From positions 2,857,807-2,921,806 of the forward strand of contig OZ252216.1 in NCBI GenBank assembly GCA_965248915.1: a stretch of DNA of 64,000 nt. The letters are read 5' to 3'. Below are positions 48,742-61,129 of this stretch, in pieces. The notes under the pieces were generated by a model. The model saw nothing but the letters and a program-made list of their open reading frames with translations. It was not told the DNA's origin and did not search any database. Positions within the stretch are counted from its first letter, which is position 1; the number at the start of each line of letters is the position of its first letter. The position numbers and the translations under genes are program-made. This stretch comes from Alphaproteobacteria bacterium. Lineage in GTDB: Bacteria; Pseudomonadota; Alphaproteobacteria; M2410.

Positions 48742-49173
48742 TTAGTTGACACCAACTTCAACGCGGCGGTTGTCAGGATTACGAACGCCGTCGCCTGTTT
48801 CAACAGCAAGCTCGGATTCACCAGCATATGACGTGGAGATGTCATTAACGCCATTAGAAGCCAAGGCACCGGCAACGCGGTTCACGCGACGCTCAGAGAG
48901 GCCCATGTTATAGGCGTTGGTACCAGACGAATCCGTGTGACCACGAAGTGAGAAGGAGCAATTGCCGTAGTCGGAGGCCATCGCAGCAATGGCGGAAGAA
49001 GCAGCACCCGTAAGCGTGTCTTCGTCCCAGCCAAAGTAAACTGGATTAGGATTAGCGTCGCAATCAGCAACCGGTGCTGGTGGCGGCGGTGGTGGTGGTG
49101 GCGGTGCTGCCACCGTGCAGCAAGCACTTAAAAGAAAGGCCAACGCACTAAGTACTACTGGAAATCTCGTCAT
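48742..49173 (-). CDS. OmpA-family peptidoglycan-binding lipoprotein with poly-proline linker
   Basis: Lipobox LLSAC, then a PPPPPPPPPAP linker. OmpA C-like domain (GHTDSSGTNAYNMGLSERRVNRV). Confidence 0.8.
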   Translation of the reverse strand: MTRFPVVLSALAFLLSACCTVAAPPPPPPPPPAPVADCDANPNPVYFGWDEDTLTGAASSAIAAMASDYGNCSFSLRGHTDSSGTNAYNMGLSERRVNRVAGALASNGVNDISTSYAGESELAVETGDGVRNPDNRRVEVGVN

Positions 49174-49360
49174 TTACCCGTATCCCCCTTGTAGGAAGTC
49201 CAAAAAGCAGTCTCGACTATAGCGACTCGTCCCAGTGAGCGCAATAATCTGAAGGGGACAGTTTGACCCACTATACCCGCTTTGTGAAGGTGCAATGAGA
49301 ACTGTGACTATCGGGTCACAGTTTTGACGGGATTCCGCGGGTTTTAACCTTATTCCAGCC

Positions 49361-50821
49361 CTATACGGACCATTCATGCACTGGTTGTTTAGATTTTTGA
49401 CGCGCCAAATAGGCCTGGGTCAGCTGCGCCATATCCTTACCCTGGGACGCAACAAAATTTCGTTGCCAAGTAGCACCGGTTCGACCCGTGCGGGTTCGCG
49501 CTTCAATCACCCCCAAATACCCGTCAATGTCCTCTTTGGAAATCTCAAGCTTTTCAAGGCCCTGGCGCGCCATTGGCAACAGTTCTTCTAAGATAAGGTC
49601 CCGAACCCGGATCTTGCGATGGTTGAGCCAGACCACTTCTGCCGCCAGTCCATCCTTGGCCGCCGCGTAGAAATTATTCCGAGAGAATCGGTAAGGTAAA
49701 TCTTCCTCCGGCGGCACAGCCTCGTGCGCCAAAACCTCAACCAGACCAAAATAGAAGGCCGCATTGGCTACACAATCGCGAATCGTTGGCCCAGCCGGAA
49801 TAACCCGGTGTTCAATCCGCAAATGGGGCTGACCATCAGGCTCATTGCCCAGCAAAGCGCGATTCCACCGCCAAATCGTTCCATTGTGAAGTTTGAGGTG
49901 GCCCATTTCGGAAGGCGGGCCATCGCTATTACGCGGCAACAACGCTGGATAACGTTGGCGATTAGCCACGAACATCTCAGACAAGCACCGGTCCAAATAA
50001 CGAACACCAAAAGTCACCCGCTCTGCATAGTCCCACTCGCCAACGGAAATGGCCTGCTCGAACAAAGGAATGCGCGTTTCGTCCCACAAGTCTCGCCCGA
50101 ACAAGTAGGGCGAGTTCGCAGAAATTGCGACCATCGGTGCACTGACAATTTTCGAGGCGTTGTAGTAGCGCGCACCGCTATGTTGGTTGACTTTGAGATG
50201 GATTTGATACGAAGTCGCCGCCGCCTCGAGCATTACATCATAGTGCGTCGTGCTAAGTCTCTCGCGCCCTTCTATTTCCAAATTGATGGGTTTGCCTTCC
50301 CGCATTCGGAAGATTTGTTCGTTAAGTGCCTTATACCTCTGCCAAGCTGACATGTGCTCGTTGGTAAGATCTTGCTCACGCACCGTTGGCAAGATGCCGA
50401 TCATCATCAGGTCGAGCCCCATCTCGGACGCTTTGTCGGCCGCCATTTGCCAGGTCCCAGACAATTTCTCATCCATCTTAGACAATGCATCTGATTTGAG
50501 AGTTTCGGGATCCGTGTTGAACTCGACGTTGAAGAGGGAAAGTTCTGGCACCACTAGGGGGCTATTGAGGGCCTCCAGATATTCAGTATTTCGAGGTGCG
50601 GGTAATCCATCTTTGTCGATGAGCCAGGCCTCAAGTTCGGATCCGCCTTGATGGGCGCCGGAATAGAACTTCTCTTCCTTGAACCAGGTCTCCAGAAGCT
50701 CGGTTTCCGCACGAAGATTACGTTCAAAAGTGGCGAAGTCCTCATCGTTGAAGAACGCCTTGCCGATCTCTTCTCCCATACGCCGCCTGCCTCCTCCATC
50801 GACGAACCAATTACGGGACAT
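49361..50821 (-). CDS. gshA: Glutamate--cysteine ligase, plant/alphaproteobacterial type (GCS2 family)
   Basis: 486 aa. The motifs PTVREQD...MMIGILPT and the overall pattern match the GshA of plants and alphaproteobacteria. Confidence 0.75.
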   Translation of the reverse strand: MSRNWFVDGGGRRRMGEEIGKAFFNDEDFATFERNLRAETELLETWFKEEKFYSGAHQGGSELEAWLIDKDGLPAPRNTEYLEALNSPLVVPELSLFNVEFNTDPETLKSDALSKMDEKLSGTWQMAADKASEMGLDLMMIGILPTVREQDLTNEHMSAWQRYKALNEQIFRMREGKPINLEIEGRERLSTTHYDVMLEAAATSYQIHLKVNQHSGARYYNASKIVSAPMVAISANSPYLFGRDLWDETRIPLFEQAISVGEWDYAERVTFGVRYLDRCLSEMFVANRQRYPALLPRNSDGPPSEMGHLKLHNGTIWRWNRALLGNEPDGQPHLRIEHRVIPAGPTIRDCVANAAFYFGLVEVLAHEAVPPEEDLPYRFSRNNFYAAAKDGLAAEVVWLNHRKIRVRDLILEELLPMARQGLEKLEISKEDIDGYLGVIEARTRTGRTGATWQRNFVASQGKDMAQLTQAYLARQKSKQPVHEWSV

Positions 50822-50934
50822 GATAGAGTACTTTTGCAGTCCTGGAAATCATTCTTCGACCTCAAGGTAATCCGACATTTGTGCGGAAGACTTTTTCGCT
50901 GGAAGCAGTGTCAGGAAAAGTCTACCCAAGTGGC

Positions 50935-52077
50935 ATGGAACGATTTGACATCATAATCATTGGCGCCGGCATCGCCGGCGCTTCGGCGGCCTTTGAGATG
51001 TCCCGGACCGCCCGCGTTCTTGTGTTGGAAATGGAAGATCAAGTCGGGTCTCACGCAACCGGGCGTTCCGCGGCGTTCTTTTCTGAGACCTATGGCAACG
51101 CGACCATTCGCGCCCTGACAACCGGCTCAAAAGATTTCCTGTGCACGCCACCGGTTGGCTTCAATGAGATCCCACTCCTGCTCAAATGCGGTGCGTTGTT
51201 CATCGGCCGCGCCGACCAACTTGCGAAACTAGATGAGTACTTTGTAGAAGTTCGGGCCCAGGTCCCAAATGTAGAGCGCTGCGGACCAGAACGAGCCCTA
51301 AAATCGGTGCCAATACTACGACCCGAATATGTCGCGGGTTGTGTTTGGGAGCCGGATTCCCATGCGATCGACGTCCACGAACTCTTCTCAAGCTACATCC
51401 GCGGCGCAAAGAAGAGAGAGGCAACGTTCAAAACTCACGCAGGCGTCAATGGACTTCAATATTCTAAAGGTGCCTGGATGGCGGAAACGCCAAATGGCAA
51501 CTATAGCGCACCTATCGTCGTCAATGCCGCCGGTGCCTGGGCCGACCAAGTCGCTGAACTCGCAGGGCTACCTCCTCTCGGCCTAACGCCCATGCGAAGG
51601 TCCGTTTGTGTGCTTAGCCTCCCAGAAACCCATGACGTCTCCAAGTGGCCCCTCGTCCTCGATGTTGAAGAGAACTTTTACTTCAAGCCAGACAACAATC
51701 AATTGTGGCTATCCCCCGCCGATGAAACACCCATGCCCCCATGCGACATCTACCCAGACGACTTGGATATTGCGACGGCCGTTGATCGTTTCGAGAAAGC
51801 AACCACGGTGAAGGTCAACCACATCCATCATAGTTGGGCCGGGCTCAGAACATTCGCGCCGGATCACACGCCAGTGGCCGGTTTCGACCCCAATGCAGAA
51901 AATTTCTTTTGGCTTGCCGGTCAAGGTGGTTACGGAATTCAAACCTCGCCTTCTATGGCAAGAACATCTGCGGCTCTCATCAAGGGGGAAGATATACCCG
52001 ACGATCTCAAGCAACTGGCTGTCACGAAATCCGCGCTCGCGCCCGATCGATTCCGAAGCCAAACGCGCGATGACTAA
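50935..52077 (+). CDS. FAD-dependent oxidoreductase (DAO family, glycine/D-amino-acid oxidase-like)
   Basis: IIIIGAGIAGASAA dinucleotide-binding motif; C-terminal GQGGYGIQTSP motif. Confidence 0.75.
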   Translation: MERFDIIIIGAGIAGASAAFEMSRTARVLVLEMEDQVGSHATGRSAAFFSETYGNATIRALTTGSKDFLCTPPVGFNEIPLLLKCGALFIGRADQLAKLDEYFVEVRAQVPNVERCGPERALKSVPILRPEYVAGCVWEPDSHAIDVHELFSSYIRGAKKREATFKTHAGVNGLQYSKGAWMAETPNGNYSAPIVVNAAGAWADQVAELAGLPPLGLTPMRRSVCVLSLPETHDVSKWPLVLDVEENFYFKPDNNQLWLSPADETPMPPCDIYPDDLDIATAVDRFEKATTVKVNHIHHSWAGLRTFAPDHTPVAGFDPNAENFFWLAGQGGYGIQTSPSMARTSAALIKGEDIPDDLKQLAVTKSALAPDRFRSQTRDD

Positions 52078-52100
52078 AAATCCATTTGTTCTTGAGTGAG

Positions 52101-52149
52101 TGGCCACTGGCCTAGCCGCCAAAGAGATCTCAGAAAGGCCAGTGGCCAT
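52101..52149. repeat. 13-bp perfect inverted repeat TGGCCACTGGCCT/AGGCCAGTGGCCA with 23-nt spacer
   Basis: Read directly from sequence. Lies in a 290-bp convergent intergenic region with further GC-rich dyads. Confidence 0.6.
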
Positions 52150-52368
52150 TTGCCGGATGTCGTCCCGTCAGTGGGGGTCTGACTGCCTGAGTGCATCCAG
52201 CCTCTTGCCCCAGTTGCCCCTGAGGCAGTGACCGCGAGTCAGCCGCAGGGTCGGCAACTCATCGGTCCTGAAAGTCTACCCGGTTCAGAAATTATGTCAA
52301 TAAAATCTATTAATTACAAAGGCTTAGTAAGTTTTCACTAAATGGAAGTGGACTCTGAAAGGCCTCGT

Positions 52369-52884
52369 TTACCGCGAACTCTCAGGCCGTTGAACGGAGT
52401 CCTCCAGATGATCAATCACACTGCGTGCATCATACGCAGAAGGATTGTCAGCAGGTTTTGCGCCCTTCCCGACATAGATTTCCGCAACGGCGGTAAAGCG
52501 CTCGCTTGAACGAACCGTCTCATGGCTCGTGTGGTGCGGGTGGTACCAAGAATACGGATAGTAGTGATACGGGAAACGGCCTCCAAACGGGTATTCACCG
52601 GACGAGTGGTAGGTCGTCTTCTTATCGATGTCTTGTTCGACCACAACAAAATAATCATTACCTGTTTCAAGGGTTAGCTCCGCCGCGCGGTAGAGCAGGT
52701 AGGATTCAACAATACGTCGATCAGTCAGAGAATTTCCGCGAAACTCAACCCGGTAGTGATCGCTCTCAAGTTTGACTTCCGTGTAGCCGTAACCGTCATC
52801 CGTCTCTTGATAGGCGGTCGGCCCCCCACACGCCACCAACAATCCGGCGGCCAAAAACCCTGCGATAATGATTTGTACTCTCAT
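52369..52884 (-). CDS. Hypothetical lipoprotein
   Basis: Lipobox LLVACGG; His/Tyr-rich C-terminal half. Confidence 0.5.
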   Translation of the reverse strand: MRVQIIIAGFLAAGLLVACGGPTAYQETDDGYGYTEVKLESDHYRVEFRGNSLTDRRIVESYLLYRAAELTLETGNDYFVVVEQDIDKKTTYHSSGEYPFGGRFPYHYYPYSWYHPHHTSHETVRSSERFTAVAEIYVGKGAKPADNPSAYDARSVIDHLEDSVQRPESSR

Positions 52885-52987
52885 GGTTTTTCTCCCGAGA
52901 AAACTCGAAGCCCGTCATGCCCTCAATAGGGTCCACTATACCCCAAAAAACACTTGAACATTGAAGAATCTTGACCGGACAGCTGCG

Positions 52988-55009
52988 TCAGCTTGCCATA
53001 TGTTGGGCAAGAAAAGCATCAAGTTCTTTCAGGAACTTGATGCGGTTCTTCTCCAGAGAAAGGTGGTGATCACCATCTTCGAGAATAACAAGCTTGTGAG
53101 GTTTGCCCGCCGATTTAAGGCGTCTGGCCATGAGTTCAGAATGTTCTTTGCTTACGACACGGTCGTTTTCACCGTGAACGAGAAGGATGGACGCGGAAAT
53201 ATTGTCAGCATTGTTCGCCGGCGACGTGTCGCGACGACGCCCACGGTCGCTCCATTCTTCTCCAGCACGAGGTCGATTAAAATCACTGAACTTATATTGT
53301 TGCATCTCATTCAACATCTTCTGAATGCTGGTAACTCCGGCAAAACTTACAGCACAACGATAGAGGTCAGGCGTTTTCACCGCCCCCATAAGAGCCGCAT
53401 ATCCTCCATAAGAACCACCAACAATGCACACGCGATTTTTATCAGCAACGCCCTCCTCAATGAGAGTGCGGACCCCATCCGTAATGTCATCCTGCATTTC
53501 CAAACCCCAGCGTTGGCGACCAGCGTCCATGAAAGCATCCCCATACCCTGAGGATCCTCGAAAGTTTGGCTGTAGGACTGCGTAGCCGCGAGACACAAGA
53601 AATTGAACCCAATAGTTGAAGTCTTCTTTGTCTCGTGCGCTCGGGCCGCCATGGGGCAATACCACCAAAGGAAAAGGCGCGTCTCCCTCAGGCTTGGTCA
53701 GATAGGCCGGTATCCGCAGGCCGTCTGTAGCGGCATAGGGACGGTAGTGAGTTTTGGCCAAACTCATTGAGGCAAGCCCCGGATAGGCGTCACCAATTTT
53801 CAGCAAACTCTTTGAGGCCGCCATGAACAAATAGTAAGACGGTGCTTGGTTCGAACTTGATGCCCGCACCACAATCTTCTTTCGTTCGCGGTCGTAGCTC
53901 GTAATTCTGTTGTTTGTGTTCGGGAGTTTTCGGTCAATCTCCGCCTGAATCGTCTTGATACCAGAATCAAAAATCTCAGCGGTCGTAAAGTGCTCGGTGT
54001 AGTAGACACCGTTCAGTCGAAAATCGAAAGGATCAAGCCAGACCCCAATAACGTCAACGCCCGCGCGAGAGTAAACCTCTTTTTCAATGCCCTGACGACC
54101 AACGTCATAGGTGTAGCTGCCCAAATATCCCTTCTCATTCAATCCGTTGACGTAAAGGAGATTTGGATCTGCAGAAAACTTATCAATCGTGAATGGCGGA
54201 CCATCGACCCTCTTGAAGCCAAACCAATCGCTCCAGCTCTCTTTGTTGGAGAACCGTATCTGACGTTCAATTTTGCCCTGATTGGCGCGAGAGCGAATGC
54301 GCACTTGGCCTTGCTTGTCAGCCCGATAGGATAGAGTCGAAGAAGGCCCATCTACCAACTTCTGCAAGCTGCCTGTGTAGATATTGAGGCGATAAGCGTT
54401 GAGTTCCCAGCCTTTGCCCTCTCGGTCCAATTCAATGAGAATATGATCCGGATCGCTTGGCAACAAACTTATGACCCGGTCTTGAAATTGCGGGTTGGAT
54501 CCAATCAGATTGCCCGCCTTACTACGCTTCACCTTTTTTAATTTTGGAATGACCTTGTGTTCCGACAAATCAGTGGAGACGGATAACATGCGGGTCTCGA
54601 TGGTCCGCACCAGCCCAAGTTTAGATCGCCGATAAGTTGGCGCCTCGACGACGGCGATCAATCGTTCATCATTCGCCCAAAAGATTCGATCCAACTCTTC
54701 CTCAACACCTTTTTGCGCTTTAAAGGACATGAATTTGGCATTCTTACCTGGAGTTCCATAGAGGTCATAAATGGCGAGGATCTCTTGACCCGAGTGTTTT
54801 TGGATCGCAGCATAGTGGGTGCCGCCCGGAGAGATCACGACCCCTTTGATGGTCGGCAGCTGACCGAATGCCTCAACCGGCGGTGCCGCCTTGGTGGGCG
54901 TCGCCAACACAAACAATAGCACTGTTGCAATGACAGTGTTGCGCACAGTTACATCAATCAGCATCTCAAACCCCCACTTCACAGCTCGCCAAAAAGAATA
55001 TTGTTGCAC
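52988..55009 (-). CDS. S9 family peptidase (prolyl oligopeptidase/acylaminoacyl-peptidase-like)
   Basis: N-terminal beta-propeller region. C-terminal alpha/beta-hydrolase with GGSYGG nucleophile elbow; catalytic His in GDHHLS. Confidence 0.85.
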   Translation of the reverse strand: MQQYSFWRAVKWGFEMLIDVTVRNTVIATVLLFVLATPTKAAPPVEAFGQLPTIKGVVISPGGTHYAAIQKHSGQEILAIYDLYGTPGKNAKFMSFKAQKGVEEELDRIFWANDERLIAVVEAPTYRRSKLGLVRTIETRMLSVSTDLSEHKVIPKLKKVKRSKAGNLIGSNPQFQDRVISLLPSDPDHILIELDREGKGWELNAYRLNIYTGSLQKLVDGPSSTLSYRADKQGQVRIRSRANQGKIERQIRFSNKESWSDWFGFKRVDGPPFTIDKFSADPNLLYVNGLNEKGYLGSYTYDVGRQGIEKEVYSRAGVDVIGVWLDPFDFRLNGVYYTEHFTTAEIFDSGIKTIQAEIDRKLPNTNNRITSYDRERKKIVVRASSSNQAPSYYLFMAASKSLLKIGDAYPGLASMSLAKTHYRPYAATDGLRIPAYLTKPEGDAPFPLVVLPHGGPSARDKEDFNYWVQFLVSRGYAVLQPNFRGSSGYGDAFMDAGRQRWGLEMQDDITDGVRTLIEEGVADKNRVCIVGGSYGGYAALMGAVKTPDLYRCAVSFAGVTSIQKMLNEMQQYKFSDFNRPRAGEEWSDRGRRRDTSPANNADNISASILLVHGENDRVVSKEHSELMARRLKSAGKPHKLVILEDGDHHLSLEKNRIKFLKELDAFLAQHMAS

Positions 55010-55194
55010 AAATCAACACAATGCAACCATTGCGGAGATTGTGAGGTTTCTTCCAAGAGGAATCCTGACAGAACCGGCCGTTTCGCAGCGCAGCATTTGC
55101 GTTTACTTGAGGGCAGTGACGGACTAAATTGGCGCAACTCCAACGCGAAAGGCGATGGCACCAGCCCAGCAACAACAAACAAAAATTGCATCAC

Positions 55195-57212
55195 ATGACA
55201 GATCAGCCGCTTAACCTGGGGACCGAATTCCAATCCCCAACCGAAGAAGATTGGCGAGGCCTTGTCGAAAAGGCACTCAAAGGCGCGGACTATGAAAAGA
55301 CGCTAGTTACGACCACCTACGACGGTTACCCGATCAATCCGCTCTACACCGAAAGAGATTGGCCAAGCGCCGCAGATGAGGCTGGCCTCCCAGGCAGCGC
55401 ACCACTCACGCGCGGCATGCATGCCATTGGCCCCACCGATCCACCTTGGGACATCCGGACCTATCACTCCCACCCCGACCCCAGCGCGGCCAACAAAGCC
55501 ATTTTGGAAGATTTTGAAGGCGGTGCCACCTCAATTGAGTTGATGATCGATCCAACCGGTGAGCACGGCATCTGCGTTCAGAATTTGAGCGACCTCGAAG
55601 ACGCTTTGCAGGGCGTCTTTCTCGACATGGCCCCTATCACATTGACCGCCCGCGGTTCTGGTCTTGCAGCAGCCACCCTTCTGGCCGCGCTTTGGAAAAA
55701 ACGTGGAATCTCAAACGACAAAGCACTGGGCGCTTTCAACATCAATCCCATCAGCACTGGTCTCGCAACGGGCAGATTGCCCTGCGGCATGGAAGAGGCA
55801 CTAGGACATGTCGCCAAACTGGCCGCCCACGTATCCGCAACCTATCCAAATGTCTCAACCATTAGCGTCGATGCCCGCATCACCAATGACGGTGGTGCGA
55901 CGGGACCGCAAGGCATTGGCAATGCCCTCTCAACAGGTCTCGCTTATTTGCGCGCCATGACGGATGTAGGGATGAGCATCGAAGAGGCCGCCAGCCAAAT
56001 CTCGTTGACACTCGTGACCGACGCCAATTTCTATGAGAGCATTGTAAAGGTCCGTGTCGCCAGAAAACTCTGGGGACGGATCATACTGGAATCCGGCGGC
56101 GATCTCTCCAAGGTCAACACCAAGATCCACGTTGAAAACGTCTCGCGTACCATGACCAAGCGAGATCCCTGGGTGAATATCTTAAGGACAACAGTGGCCG
56201 CCTTCGGCGCGGCTCTGGGTGGCACAGATTCGATCTCAGTTCTGCCTTTTACCCATGCACTCGGGCAACCCACAAGCTTCGCACGCCGGGTCGCCCGCAA
56301 CAGCCAGATCATTTTGGCGGAAGAATCAAATCTTGGGCGTGTCATGGACCCTGCCGGTGGTTCCTGGGCTATAGAGAAATTCACCGACGATTACGCACGC
56401 ACCGGCTGGGGCTACTTCCAAGACATTGAAGGGCAAGGCGGCATCGTCGCGGCAATCCGTTCTGGCTGGCTGCAAAGCTGGATTGCCAAAGCCAAAGACG
56501 ACCGCAGTGAGAAAGTGGCGACGCGAAAACTCCCCATCACCGGCGTCTCCGAATTCCCTGACCTACACGAGGCCGCGGTTGCCTTCGAGACCGTGGATAC
56601 CAGCGCCATCGCTGAAAAGAGAAGAAAACCAGCAAGTGGTGTAGACATCGAAAGCACCACCTTTGACAATCTTGTGAGCGCCGCTGAAGCAGGCGCCACT
56701 CTAGGTGAATTGATGGCGCCTTTTGAGACGAAAGAAGAAACGTTCATCACTCTGACTCCTTATCGTCTTGCAGAAGACTTTGAAGCCCTACGTGACGCGA
56801 GCGACGCGCATCTGGAGCGCACCGGAAGCCGACCGCAAATCTTCCTCGCCAATATGGGAACCATCGCGGACTTCACAGCGCGCGCAACATTTGCCAAAAA
56901 CTTTTTTGAAGCCGGCGGCATCGAAGCACCGTCGAACGAAGGTTTCGAAACTCCCGTCGCTGCAGCTGATGCCTTTGCCGCCTCCAATACCACGGTCGCC
57001 ATTCTCTGTTCCAGCGACGGCAAGTATGCAGAAAACGCTAAGAGCTTTGCGAAAACGCTCAGAGCAAAAGGCGTGAACCGTCTTTATCTCGCAGGGCAGC
57101 CGGGCGACAGGCGCGAAACACTTGAGGCGGCAGGCGTCGATGAGTTCATACACATCGGCTCAAACGTGCTCGATGTTTTGACCCGTGCCCACGAGACGTT
57201 GGGGGTCAAATC

Positions 57213-57216
<4 letters not shown>
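55195..57216 (+). CDS. mcmB: Methylmalonyl-CoA mutase small (beta) subunit
   Basis: MCM-like fold lacking the B12-binding DxHxxG motif. Its stop overlaps the start of the large-subunit gene (ATGA). Confidence 0.75.
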
Positions 57217-59399
<2,183 letters not shown>

Positions 59400-59522
59400 G
59401 TTTCGACTGTTCCGATCACCAAGAGTGAGAATTTGGTCAACTCAATATAGAAAATCCTTTTCTTGAGTGATAAACAATGAGATAAGGTTTCTAGCTATAC
59501 AACTATTCATAAATTTTCTCAT

Positions 59523-59744
59523 TTGGTACGATGGGTGCCGCACTCCATGGGCAACACGTCAAAATCGCTGGCAGCGATTGTAACCATTCTTGCGATCATC
59601 ACCGTGGTCGTCGGCGGATTGTTCCTTTTTACCTATTCAATGGTGGTTGCCAAACGGGAACCAGCGCCAGAGACCGAGACCGAGACCGAGACCGTACCTC
59701 TTGTGGATCCCCAACGACGGGTCAAACCACAACCGGAGGACTAA
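59523..59744 (+). CDS. Hypothetical small membrane protein containing (ET)4 repeat
   Basis: ORF with one TM; contains the hexanucleotide repeat (GAGACC)x4. Coding status uncertain. Confidence 0.25.
   Translation: MVRWVPHSMGNTSKSLAAIVTILAIITVVVGGLFLFTYSMVVAKREPAPETETETETVPLVDPQRRVKPQPED
59670..59693 (+). repeat. Hexanucleotide tandem repeat (GAGACC)x4
   Basis: Read directly: gagaccgagaccgagaccgagacc. Confidence 0.9.
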
Positions 59745-59805
59745 CAGTCGCAAGTCCTTTTCTCTTCAGCTTGTATGTAGAGCGCGCACAGTACATGACG
59801 ATCCA

Positions 59806-60633
59806 ATGACGAACTCCATCTCCAATGCCCAACACCTCAAAGACGAGCAATACAAGACGTCTGCAAATCTCAAAATGCGCATGGCGCTCTATGAGCACTC
59901 CAAAGGCCCCAAGCAGCAAAGTTGGCACGACTTCGTCCTTGATCACCTAGCGTTAGAAATTTCAGACCGCGTCATCGATTTCGGTTGCGGTCACGCGGTT
60001 CTGTGGCAAAAGTTGAAAGAGATCGGATCGTTACCAACAGACCTCACATTGGTCGATCTCTCAGAAGGCATGCTGCAAGAGGCAAGAGCGGCACTCGGCG
60101 ATGATCCCACCTACATTGCCCACGATCTCAACCAACCTCTCGAAACGGACCAGACCTATGATGCGCTCATCGCCCTTCACATGCTCTATCATTTGGACGA
60201 CCCACTCGCAGGTCTAGACAACATGGTCGCGCGATTGAACTCAAAGGGTAGTGCGTATATCGGCCTCAATCAGCCCGGCGGCTTTAGGGAAATGTATCGG
60301 CTCATCAACAGGTTCGAAACCCGTGAAACTGTGCCGTCACAAGGGATCAACCCGCCGCCACATCCCGATGTTGTGGTCAAACATCTCAAAAATTCATTCG
60401 AAAGGAATGAGACTATTGTCTCCGAGGGAGCCGTCTATGTGAGCAATGCAAAACCCCTGTGTGATTATATCCTCAGCATGGAGACATTGCATGGCAATCG
60501 CTATCAGGACCCGGACCGTCGCGATGCGTTGTTTGCTTTTCTGACAGAAGAAGTCGTACGCGCCGTCAATAATGATGGCGCCCTCATTTTGCGCAAGGCG
60601 GCAGTCCTATTAAAATTTGACGGTAAGAAGTAG
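59806..60633 (+). CDS. Class I SAM-dependent methyltransferase-like protein
   Basis: VIDFGCGHAVLW (motif I) and the acidic post-I residue. Lower GC; inserted between mcmA and meaB. Confidence 0.55.
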   Translation: MTNSISNAQHLKDEQYKTSANLKMRMALYEHSKGPKQQSWHDFVLDHLALEISDRVIDFGCGHAVLWQKLKEIGSLPTDLTLVDLSEGMLQEARAALGDDPTYIAHDLNQPLETDQTYDALIALHMLYHLDDPLAGLDNMVARLNSKGSAYIGLNQPGGFREMYRLINRFETRETVPSQGINPPPHPDVVVKHLKNSFERNETIVSEGAVYVSNAKPLCDYILSMETLHGNRYQDPDRRDALFAFLTEEVVRAVNNDGALILRKAAVLLKFDGKK

Positions 60634-60640
60634 ACCGCAC

Positions 60641-61057
60641 CTATTCTGGCTTGTCGCCTAAGACGAACCGCACTGTCGCTCGCAACACGATCCACATCGC
60701 CGGCACCAAAGCAAACGTCCAAATACCAATCTGTGTCCAAGCGCCTGGGATCATGTAGAGGGGCGCTAAGAATGCGAACTCCTGCAGCGGTGTTCGTATG
60801 AAGCTGGTGGTCTTGGTTTTGAAAACCCCGGACACATCATCGTGCCGTCCAAGCCAGGCGAGCAGAACCGAGCGCCCAATGGCCGAAACCGAAAACGCGA
60901 TGGCCGCAAGCTCAAAAGAATTGCCGCGGTAGGCGATCCAGGTGACGTAACCAACCCCCAGACCTGTCGCGATTGAAATGATTCCCCGTATCAGTCTCAA
61001 CATATTCCCACCCCCTTTATGCCATGTCAGTCTAGTACAGATCGGGGTGACGGCCAA
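60641..61057 (-). CDS. Hypothetical membrane protein
   Basis: 138 aa, 3-4 TM helices. Confidence 0.4.
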   Translation of the reverse strand: MAVTPICTRLTWHKGGGNMLRLIRGIISIATGLGVGYVTWIAYRGNSFELAAIAFSVSAIGRSVLLAWLGRHDDVSGVFKTKTTSFIRTPLQEFAFLAPLYMIPGAWTQIGIWTFALVPAMWIVLRATVRFVLGDKPE

Positions 61058-61129
61058 ATTGGGGCGGGCTCTTGCAATTTACCCCTCATTCTGTCATCCC
61101 CGAAAGAGCCCGACAATGACAGGTGATAT

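Noticed and set aside
55010-55194. Possible cobalamin riboswitch upstream of the methylmalonyl-CoA mutase genes
   Set aside because: No B12-box (consensus around GCCACTG) or conserved riboswitch stems are evident in this leader. The 'gccactgg' occurrences lie elsewhere (52101) in a non-leader context.
59523-59744. The small (ET)4 ORF as a confident protein-coding gene
   Set aside because: It is a short ORF overlapping a longer alternative frame (59590..). It lacks an obvious RBS, so it is retained only as a low-confidence feature.
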